Below, piece after piece: positions 10,946 to 21,692 of a stretch of 64,000 bases of DNA (within the stretch, counting starts at the first letter, position 1; every line of letters begins with the position of its first letter). Source of the stretch: Balanoglossus misakiensis. Taxonomy: Eukaryota; Animalia; Hemichordata. Below the pieces are notes generated by a model. That model ran no database searches. It was not told the origin of the DNA and saw only the letters and a program-made list of their open reading frames with translations. The stretch covers positions 62,001 through 126,000 of the forward strand of contig CM082595.2 of assembly GCA_040954595.2 (NCBI GenBank). Direction: 5' to 3'. A program made the translations under genes and the position numbers.

Positions 10946-13470
10946 TACATGTATTAAATAAAATGTAAAGCTCATCCCTCGCCATGTACTTGGTAATATA
11001 TTATTAGTAAAATGTCTGCCAACTCCTTGCTTTATACTATTATGTTGTGCTACATGATAATAAACTGGCCTAGTTCTGTAGGTTACTGTAGGCACCCTTT
11101 CAAGCCTGGCTTTCTGGGAATGTATCCGAATTTCTCTTTTATATAGGATATCCGGCCAGAAAGGGTTAACAAAATGTCATGCCCACCCCAACCTCTGTAA
11201 CATGACTGATAAAATGTTGTGCCAAACTAGTATTGTAATTTTCTGCCCTGATGACCCATTTCTGTCAAGCGATTACAAACAATTCAGGCCCAACCTCAAT
11301 AAAATGCCATGCCGTGTACTATGTGACAATAACCTGTCATGTCTAAAATGGTCACCCCTTGAAACTGATGCGGCATTAACACTAGGACGTGTACTGATCT
11401 GAGTGAATCAGATCCCGTGAGGAGTACGGTGCCCAGAGTACAACTGTCCAAGTAGAAAATGCCGAGTTTAAATTGCTTAATCTGAGATCTCCCCCCCCCC
11501 CCCCCCCCCCCCCGCCAAGGTCTTAGCTTGCTCTCCGAAAAATAGGGGAATGTTACGAACACGTGCGAGCGGACGATGGTGTTGCTACCGTCGATGAGGC
11601 GAATTTACACACGGCGCTAATAATTGTGTTACACCAAAACTGCCCTCCTGTCACGACTATCACACCAAAACTGCCCTTCACAATAAATAATTAAAAACAC
11701 CGACTAAGTCGGCGAAGTCTTTACACATGTTACACGACGTGTCTTCCTAACGAGGAGCCATTTTTATCTAAATTTGCATATCAAGAAGTCACGCCTTCCA
11801 GCCTCGTCCGCGGATTACTTCCTATTGGTACCATACTTCCAATGGAAGAAGCAGAGGAGTCTGGATAACCTAGACCAAGTGATACAAACTCCACCCCTAT
11901 CTATCCGAATTTCTCCTATATAGGATATCCGACCAGAAAGGGTTAACAATATGTCATGGTTCCCACCCCAACCTCTGTAACATGACTTAATAAAATGCTG
12001 TGCCCAACTAGTATTGTAATTGTCTGCCCTGACCCAGTTCTGTCCAACGATTACAAACAATTCAGGCCCAACCTCAATAAAATGCCGAGCCGTGTACTAT
12101 GGGACAATAACCTGTCATGTCTTAAATGGTCACCCCTTGAAACTGATGCGGCATTAACACTAGGACGTGTACTGATCTGAGTGAATCAGATCCCGTGAGG
12201 AGTACGGTGCCCAGAGTACAAATGTCCCAGTAGAAAATGCCGAGTTTTGCTACATCTGAGATTTCCCCCCATGCCCGCCAATGTCTTGCTCTCCGAAAAA
12301 TAGGAGAATGTTACGAACACGTGCGAGTGGACGATGGTGTTGCTACCGTCGATGAGGCGAATTTACACACGGCGCTAATAATTGTGTTACACCAAAACTG
12401 CCCTTCTCAATAAATAATTAAAAACACAGACTAAGTCGGCGAAGTCTTTACACGATGTGTCTTCCTAACGAGGAGCCATTTTTATCTAAATTTGCATATC
12501 AAGAAGTCACGCCTTCCAGCCTCGTTCGCGGATTACTTCCTATTGGTACCATACTTCCAACGGACGAGGCAGAAGAGTCTGGATACTTGTATCACTTGGT
12601 CTAGTAACCTAGACCAAGTGATACAAGCTGCGCCCCAATCATGGAAAATTGACAGTTTCTCTTGCTATAGGATTTCTCGGTGTGAGAAACAGGAAAATTG
12701 GATTTCTTCAGTGTTGTGCAGGGCAGTGACCTAGTATTTCCGTGACAATAGATATAGAACTGCATGGAAAATTCACAACATAACTGCTTCTGGCATGTTA
12801 AATACTTTCACCCCAAGTTGCCTGAGTAGAGGTCCAACTTTGCCATATAAAACATAGATACATTAGATTAAAGACAAATCATGGTGGTGAAATAGTTAAA
12901 TAATAACACATGATAGCAAGGGCAATATCACGATTTGAAGCCTGCACGATAATATTGATGATGCCCGAGCCACAGGCGAGGGTATCATCAATAATATGGT
13001 CAGAGAGCACCAGCCCGAGGGCAGGCTTCAAATCGTGATGTTGCCCGAGCATCGTGTGTTATTAATTTTATTACGCCGAACATTTGAACGTATATGTACA
13101 TACACTGCAACATAGAAGAACGTAGGGTTGCGTTCATGTCGTACGTTGCTGAAAATGTAAAATATCTCGATCTTCCAAGAACTATACCTACTTCGAACTC
13201 AGAAAATTTTGAGGATACTGCGCTGTTGGTTGCGATTTTGATGTATTTACTACCCGTTTGCAGTAAAATATCGTCCAGTTGAACAGGTGTTAAGCCTGTG
13301 CGTTGCTTTGAAGCCATAGAGGAGTTGACTGATCGTATTAAAGGAAGCCATTGAACGACAGTTTTTTATGCACAAAAGTCCTGCGCAGAACACCAAAACA
13401 ACCCAGCGGGCAATATCAACAGGGCTTTTTCAACTCTTGCTATGTTATATCATTTTTTCTTTACGTCACG
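10515..13470 (+). repeat. Composite repeat block, copy A (collinear with ~52788-55771)
   Basis: Same order of minisatellite, unique spacer, two larger units and hairpin element as copy B. ORFs 12492-12734 and 54843-55085 are nearly identical. Confidence 0.9.
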
Positions 13471-13526
13471 TGAGCGCGTCTCAGCCAATCACAAATGCGA
13501 CATAATACGTGAGGTGAAATAATTAA
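12896..13526. mobile_element. TTAA-flanked ~630-bp non-autonomous element with a large nested terminal hairpin (Crypton-like, by inference)
   Basis: TTAA at 12896-12899 and 13523-13526. The flanks are contiguous in the paralogous empty site at 9740-9966. Internal inverted repeat gggcaatatcacgatttgaagcctgc (12920-12945) / gcaggcttcaaatcgtgatgttgccc (13021-13046) encloses a second hairpin. Confidence 0.7.
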
Positions 13527-13735
13527 TATTTAAAGACTCCTTGCTATATATTGATTGCACACACAATACATCAGTGTAGGCCTACTGTATATCATGGCGC
13601 AAAATGTCCTTAAGTGGTGGGATGGGGTGGGGTCAGGTTTTACACTGTCGGACAAGGGGAGGGTCACAATTTAGAGTCCAAGTGTACGCTGAATTACCCC
13701 GGCCAACCCCCTGTAAATACTGAAGTCCCTAGGTT

Positions 13736-15950
13736 CTACTCTTTCGAGAAATAATCTGCGTGGGTCAGGTAAACTTTGGCGTCTTCGTAGCCTCTCACAT
13801 AGAACTCCTTCAATTTTTCCCAAGGCGGTGGGTGGTAGGTCTCCTGGGCGTACAAGTAGTTCCACTTGGTCAGGTCGACCGGTTGTGCGGTGACTTTGGC
13901 TTCGCCCTTCAGTTTCGGAGGGCAGATTGTGACGTCATCGCTGTGCAGTGAGGAGATGGTGATGGTCTTGCCATAGCCTCGAAAACGCGATGAGTTGACG
14001 TGGATATTCTCTGGGTAGACGTAGGTACTTCTGCCGGGGATGTGAAGCTTCAACCCTGGGTCCATAAGTTTCTAGAAAACGGAAAAAAATCGAGTATACA
14101 CTTGATTTATTTTCACAGCCTCAGACTCGCGCAAGTGATTAATAACAGTCAGTCAGAAGACGACTATGTCAAAAGTGAAACATTATGACCTCATAAGACG
14201 AGAGAAAGAGGAACAATACAAAGATATCTAGCTGAAGGACACTGCCGGGGTCACCGTACGCACAGTGGAGGTGTGGTTGTATATAATGCATTCTACCCCG
14301 GGCTGTACTTCCTATGTTTGCCAATACATAAAGTGCCACCCTTAAATTTGAATGGGGGTTTTCGGTAGTTCGGTCCAAAATATCGTATGCGCTGAAGATC
14401 CAAATAGGAACCATTATTGTTCTAATGTTTGACAGTATCTATTGTAGAGATTTATCCTGAAATAGAGGATCTCAGGTCATACGTGTTTTATTCAGATACA
14501 CCCCTGGGATTCTACTTCAGATTTTACTGTATTTTTAGTTCGATTCACAGGGTGCCAGTAGAAATCCAAATTACTTATTACCTTTCCTCGGTAAAGTGGA
14601 TGCTTGACGCCTCCCCATATCGGAATGTGCATGCTACCACTTAATACCTAAAACAACAACAACAACAAAATAAAATATAGTGGGACTATTTCAATGTTGC
14701 AGATGGGCTATTCAAGTGATTATTTTGCACGTAAGAAATTCGCCACGTCGTTAAAATTTACGACTTGCGACGGTGAGACTACTCGGTACGTGTTTGTAGA
14801 GGCAAATAGAAAGATCGATTGTGGTACAGCGTTAACTTTGGTGGCAGTAGTTACAGACTGAGAAGACGGGTCGATGCAAAGGTGAACACGTCGTATGTGT
14901 CCCATCACTGGATTTGCCGATAATTTGTCGACAGACACGCGTCACAGATACGGTATATTTTACATTTCTAAGCTTTCGAGTTTATAATGTTATCTTAAAT
15001 AGCACAAACACGGTCATTTCTGTCTGGTAAAAATGCAAAAGTATTTGAGAACTGAGACGGCGTGAAGCTCAACTCTCCAGCAGTATGAACTGTAAATATA
15101 GCAAGCTGTACCTGTACTTCAAACAAACAAACAATCCTACCTCAATCAACTCCTCTCGCGAACCAAATTCAGTAATGACCTCTTCTTTAAACTCATGAAT
15201 ATCGACGAATACCTCCCAAGCCTTCTTCCCCAACATTTTCCAGCCAGCTGGGTCGTTGACATTAAACGGTGGTTGTGGGTCCTTTACTTTCTCAAATGTC
15301 ATTACAGAGATGTAGAGCTGCTTATCCCCGATTCTGGTGTGCGCGTCTTTCGGTAATTGCACGCCCAGCAGTCTTCTAATGCGGCTTGTCAGGTCGTAGG
15401 ACGGGTTGATCCCTCTATTTTTGAAAATGTCTTCCACAAGTTTGCGTGTTCCCGCCAGAACTGGCTAAATGGAAAAACAAAGATGGCATTTTAATATAAA
15501 AAGTTTTATCTTTACAAAGTGTAAGAGGTGGCATAGGCCTATTTTAGTATACTGGAGACGCATGGTAAATCGTTTCGACGCAGTGGCCTTTAATATAAAT
15601 ATTTAAGATTCAAGAGTATTTCTCCACGTTGTGTGGATATTAATCAGAAACTGATTCACGTACTTGTTTTCAAGGATCACATAATATTGTCACGTCTATA
15701 TTCTATTCTCGAAATCGCGACAACAGAAGCACTTCATCGCCTCAATACACCTCCAACCTACTTGGATTTTATCCGGCGCTGTGCACAACAAACCGGCGGC
15801 AATGGCTCCCGCCGACGCTCCGGCGAAATTCTGCGTCTTCTGCAGTACCTTCTGTCCGTGGCGATGGAGTGCCATGGCAACGCCTATCTGGTATACACCC
15901 AGTGACGCAGTGCCGCCGAAAGAGACATTGAAAGATTCCAACGCTGCCAT
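13736..15950 (-). CDS. Patatin-like phospholipase domain protein (PNPLA2/4-like), 4 coding exons, about 304 aa
   Basis: Exons 15762-15950, 15141-15464, 14582-14647 and 13736-14071 join in frame through GT-AG introns. Motifs: NVSFGGTASLGVYQIGV (oxyanion region), FAGASAGA (nucleophile elbow), LPKDAH, FGSREELIEV, KLMDPG (catalytic Asp position) and YVRGYEDA. Confidence 0.85.
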
Positions 15951-18900
15951 GGTAACCGAGACTTAATGCAAGTTGTGGGTCTCTCAATGTAGTTCCTGTT
16001 ATGGACGATCTCTGGTTGTCTTTATTGGTCAAACGCTGAACTGGGAAGGTACAAATTGTATGTTCGTTATTTTGTTTGTAAACTAACACTTAACTCAATT
16101 ACAGTACACAATACTGTTATAACACAGCGATGTCCTCAAGAAAACATATCAACCACTTCAAAAGACGGTACGTGTACAAACGTGTGTGTTTTCGAAACAT
16201 ACATTTTGTCACAGTAGGCATATAAAGTAACGCAGTCTCTGATAAATTTTGTATGTAATTTCACCGGTAATTTTTGTCCCGTCGTTTTGTTTATATTACA
16301 ACTAAACTTGACAAAAATTCGAAGGGATTAATGTGACTAGAGAAGCGATATGCATGGCTCGTTTTCACGCTCTTAAAATGTAGGGAACTTTTGAAGTGGA
16401 TGACATATACGTACCTACGTGTATGGAAGTGCTACAGAACAATTGTTGAATAAACTACTAACTTTAACGTCGGTGAAAGACCGTCTCTTGCAATTCAAAT
16501 TCTATATTCTTACAGTTCACACATTCATTACACGTGTTGACTACGCATTGCCCTCACGACAGTTCACATCCGCAGGTTTGTAATCGTATCGCAATTTCAG
16601 GAAGGGGACTGAACCACCCCGACGCGTCAGGTTACAACTGTGTACATCATCAACTAGGCGTCAAAATATTGAATAACATGATTGCTCTACACGTCCAATG
16701 CCTCGAGATTTCAATATATTTATTAGTTCCGTTCCCCCTCCCCCCCCCCGAAGCTCCAGTCACAACCGACGATGTGTTAAACCACATGTGTTCAACAATA
16801 TGTCAGTTCTGTAACAGAATTTGTTTCAGCACTCGGGTAATGTTTGTTTGGGAATCCTGAAAGTATACTGCAAATCGCGTATAAGATTTATAGCCCCATT
16901 GTTAGAACAAAGAAATTTTATGATAACAGAGCAACGCCGTTGTTGAGAGGCAACGGTAAACAGGGTTCAACAACTCTGGGGAAGAATTTGGCCCATTGCA
17001 CTAATAAGGTCACTGGTCAAGCATTTGGACACTAGCTACCTGTGGCCCGAGACTTTGGGGTCAGTGCGTATACTTAGAGACGGAGGTGAGACAAAAAAGA
17101 AAATGAAAAGAGAACCCCACTTAAATGGTTATTTTAAAGGGCTGGACCCTTGGGCGGAAGGTCCATTCTTGTAGAAACTTCGTGCCAAGCATACCAACAC
17201 TAAACTTGTTGATTCATGATTTTCTTTATAGTTTCTGTAAGTGGTGGCGCGTTTTGCGTATACATTGTACCTGATAATGGCACAAACACCGTTAAATCTC
17301 TTGGCGTAGATCTGATAATATTAACGTTTCACATCAACTGCCCTTTGCTCGCATTTATAGATGGTTACTTATTACGTTTTCCGTGGAAACATTGTTAAAT
17401 TTTCGAGAAAAATGACAGACAGAATATAAAAAGCACCAGTGCAAATTTAGCGCGCTCTCAAGGACAAGTTTGAATAGCAACGTGATATTAACCGTATAAT
17501 GACCCTTATTGCATGATGACGACATTTTGTATTTCCCGTTATTCAGAATCTAGACGAGAGACATGTCTTTCTCAAACGAACCTTTACGCGTATTGAAACA
17601 AATCGTCGTATTCCCTTAAAACTCGGGACAACGCTTTCAAATCAATTGGAGCCAGACCGATTATTGCTTACCTGTGTCGAGCCGTGTTCGTGAATGCGGA
17701 GATTGATGCGTGTCAATAGCATTGTGTATATCCTAATTTGCATATCAGTGGGGTTGTGAAAAGTCGGAGAGCGAGTTCGATGCGTATAATGCATGGGCGT
17801 TGAGGACTTGTTTTGACCGGGCTGATATGGAATGCTCTTTTGTTTTGCCTTTTGGATTCGTATCTCAATTGACAAACACCGTCTTTGTCTACGGAAATAT
17901 GTAGGTTATCTAGGACACGCTACGCCGACCTGGTAAAGCTCGGTTGTCAATTACTATAGCATACGAGCGTTATTTCACGTGCCGCATGGTTAGACTTTCG
18001 ATAGCAGAGATTATCATCATCATTGTCATTTTCGACGTCACAATGATAAATGTCACAGGTTTGCATCTAGTCGTCTGTATGCATCGACTTACTCAGGTTG
18101 GACTGACACTGTATTGCATTTCAACATTGTCTACCACTTCTTATTGCTTCATGACACATACATTTGGCACGTCTATCCATTTCCTCGTGAAACAATAGGA
18201 GTCTCAAATTCGAAGCCGATGTGCAATTTGTGATAATGTTTTGTCTGCCACTGGCCTAGCCATGCCACTAGTATGACTGAGTTTGGGCGTGGATATAGTT
18301 CGGGTCCGTGTAAAAGATCTCTTGTTTCATGTGCAAAAAGTGGAAATGGCAAAATATGTACTTCTGATGATAATTAAAGCACAATCGAACAGAATTTGTA
18401 ATACTTTGTCCTGACGTTATTTTTTAAAGGTTGGTTTTCCTTTATGATGATTTATTCTTGAAAATGTTTAATGCTGGCAAAACACGGACAATACATCAAT
18501 GACACCCGGGTCTGGGTGTCTCGACTAGTATTCACCAAATTTGGATTTTTGGGAGGGGACTGATGGGTCAAGGTGCTGTCAATATTGAGGACAACAGACG
18601 TTCGTGGTCTTTGCAGTCCAGTGACACTCGACGCCATCGTTCTCACACCTTCTCAATAAGAACGCATGTCTGCTTAGTATCATCCGGTCAAACACTGCAT
18701 GTTCAGTCTTTCGAATGAATCACACTGCTGTACATTGACTCCTACGACTGGGAGTGCCCAACATTAGGCCTAATGACGTCACAATCTGTGTCTAAACTGA
18801 AGAGACATTCATATTATGTATGTATGCCTGGTACATGCTAGGGGGAACCCGGGGGTGTCAGCCGTTATGGTATCCCTCTTTTGTCGTACTGGATATTAAT

Positions 18901-19089
18901 CTATTCTGGCACGTACACACATTTAACCCGCATATGAATGCATATGAATTGTATATGCTTATCCATGGTACGCGGACACCATCACAACTACTGCGATTAC
19001 AGTAACATGTATCTCTATGAAATTGTTGCTTTGCGTACGAGGTGGTGGGTTTCGCACCGTGTGCAGTGGTGACCATGACATCACGAAAG

Positions 19090-19492
19090 CATTCCTGAAA
19101 TTCCCACAGACCGTATCACTAACTTATAATAATATAGTTAGGACATTTTATAAAATTGTGACTGCTTAAGCCCATTATTACTCATTTTCTGGGGACCCAT
19201 TGTACTGAATCGCACTTGTTTTGTCCCCCAACTGCAAAGTCTGTCGTGGCACCATTTAGTGACCACTGTGCGTGGGTTGGGGGCGTGGCACATGAGCGGA
19301 GTGATATCCTGTTTAGGGAGTGATGAGTCATAAACAACTCGTCAGATATTTCTCCATTTTAGGCGAAACTCAACAAGTTGCGTAGATTTTCGATTTAGTG
19401 GGACTTCTACTGCGCACACACTGATAAACACGTCTCAGTTCAACAACTTGCACACACCCGGCAAGGTGATTTCCCGTGACAAAGTCGATAAG
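19090..19492 (+). promoter_or_regulatory. Probable promoter and non-coding first exon of the LPP-like gene
   Basis: TEAD-type CATTCCT at 19090, GC box GGGGCGTGGC at about 19280, AP-1 TGAGTCA at 19324-19330, and a strong donor AAG|GTAAGT at 19492 in a CpG-rich region. The next acceptor is at 21664, 28 nt before the ATG. Confidence 0.45.
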
Positions 19493-20099
19493 GTAAGTTC
19501 AGATCCCCCCCCCCCCCCTGGCCCTAATTTTAGGGATGGCCGATGATCCTTCACGCGGAGCAATCGGCGCGTCGGCGTTTATTGGGGGGGGGGGGCGCGC
19601 TAGTCTCTAGTTCAGAACGAACGCGCAAGGCCGATCTTAGCTAACTTGTGTTTGAAAGTCCTCGTTGACGAAGGCAGCTCGAAACGCTGAATCAATTATC
19701 AGTTGTTGACAGTTCGACTGTTACAGCGACTATTAAAGATAGCCCAGGGTGGAGGAAATCGTATCATGGCTTCGCCAAAATGGGAGGGGCTCTAAAATGC
19801 GTATATAAAACAGGGGGCTTCTTCAGAGGATGAGGGCTACATTAGATTTATGTCTCTCCTTAGAAAAGAGTGGCACGTTTTCACAATACTCAGAGTTTTA
19901 AAATTCTGTCCAATTGTGTGCTGGTATTGAAAACAGTTGTTGATGTTTGTTTCATTGATGGTGTTATTTCAACACCTGACTGCCGTTTTATCCATACCCC
20001 AGTATTATACACATGTAGTGCCAGTGAAACCAGAGGACACAATCATGTACATGTACATGTATATATTATATAAATAGACATGTAATATGCACATGGGTA

Positions 20100-20277
20100 C
20101 AGTCAACCCTGTCTTTAGTGGCCAGTCATGGGACTTTCCTAAACTAGCCTTTATAGACAGGTGGCCTTTACAGACAGGTTAATTAATGCACATGTAAATT
20201 ACATAGGGAATGTAACAAAGTGGCCACTGTATAAGGTGGCCACTATATAGAGGTGACCACTAACACAGGTTTGACTG
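20100..20277. mobile_element. Tc1/mariner-pogo (Tigger-like) MITE, 178 bp
   Basis: TA|CAGTCAACCCTGTCTTTAGTGGCCA ... TGACCACTAACACAGGTTTGACTG|TA: ~24-bp imperfect TIRs with a TA target duplication, plus internal aggtggcc repeats. Confidence 0.8.
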
Positions 20278-21692
20278 TACATACCTACTAGTATTAATGT
20301 ATGATATATCTACAGGGGTAGATTGTAAAAAGTGTATGGTTTGACATGGGAAGGGGAGGGGAGAGGTGAATACTAGCAGAATCCAGGTTTGTACTGTACT
20401 TCAGTGACCTTAAAATCTTCATAACCTCAACAGTTGTCTGTTGATGACCTTTACCCCCCCCCCCCCTCTCCACAATATGACAGTGGTAGATTATTGTTGC
20501 AAGGGTGATTAAAACTCATTAGTATCCACAGCCTATATGTGGTCTAGAATTGCGGGTGCAGTTGTCATCTGCAGGATCCAACATCTTGACATAATTGTTC
20601 TGTCAATCAGCTGAGATGTTTATCATCAATATGAATTAAAATTAGACACATCGTCAATCCAGAGTAGCATGGATACTGAACCCTGGTCTTGCTCCACTCA
20701 ATATATAATGATACAGTCTCTTGTCCCCCAGATGCACAGAATATTGTGGGTGGCCTTCTGGCTGTTCCTTACCCTGCAAGTTTTGACATGTCTGAAATGT
20801 GCAACTGGGTGTACGTATGCCTATAAAAATAGTAGAGGCATAATATGGCAAGGAAAGACCTGCAGCTGCCTTGTTATAAATGACGAATATCTGGTATAGT
20901 CACCAGTTGAATGAATGCTATATTAAACCCGGCTGAATCAGCTGAACCTGTTGTTAATCGGCAACAGAATGTCAGAGACATACAAGTACAGTTTGCTTGG
21001 ACATGCACGTATCTGCAATTACCTCCCATTGGTACAAATAAAATGAAACTCTATCCACTGCCCAGAAAGTGGCTAAATTTAGCTCCTCGTTCTGCTGGGC
21101 GCTATTAGCCGTAAGCTGATCCAGAGTTTAGCTGAGGTGCATTATTAGAAAACTAATCTGTCATTCTCAGTGGATTATTACAGTGACATTGAGAATGACC
21201 TGGAGATGACAGGCACTGGTATGTCTTCACTGACCTGACAACAAAATAAAAATAGCAAAACTAAATGTCGGTCTGTTTTTACGATGTTGTAGGCATGCAC
21301 ACTGTACAGGGTGTTTTATACATAAATTACCATTGTATTCTTGTGAAACAGCTAATCTCAGTCAAGGGTGGTTTTGGTAAATTTAGCATTGTACGTAAAT
21401 AGCCTTTGCCATATAGTTAATCTAGTTCCACATGACCCATGCTTAAAAGTTCAAACAGTTGTTTAGTCTGTTGTCTGGAATTTTCACATAAAATTATTGG
21501 ACAAGTAAGTTGAATGAGTCAACCTTTTAAGAGCTTTAAATTTTTTTTTACAGTTTTTGAAGTTGCAGCAATAGAGTATACAAGCACACACTGTACTTAC
21601 ACTATTTTACTTGGTAATAATATAGAAAACAACTGATAATTTGTGTCTCTATTTCATTTCTCAGGAACTCTGAAGGACAAAAAAAATAAAAG

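Larger units (their letters stand above)
8522..13731. mobile_element. Putative ~5.2-kb non-autonomous DNA transposon bounded by imperfect terminal inverted repeats (TIRs), with nested repeats
   Basis: Left end TAAGGGAGTCTTCAGTATTTACAGGGGG...GGCCGGGGGAATCA (from 8522) matches the reverse complement of the right end, TAGGGACTTCAGTATTTACAGGGGGTTGGCCGGGGTAATTCA (13690-13731). No TSD and no transposase seen, so these could be two independent ends of one family. Confidence 0.45.

Noticed and set aside
11161-11620. Structured repeat as telomerase RNA, 7SL, 7SK or a spliceosomal snRNA
   Set aside because: No correctly placed CTAACCC template, Sm site or family-diagnostic sequence was recognised.
11202-13317. 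Recurring short ORFs (e.g. CLKWSPLETDAALTLGRVLI) as a peptide gene family
   Set aside because: They follow DNA repeat copies, their starts and frames differ between copies, and no domain is recognisable.
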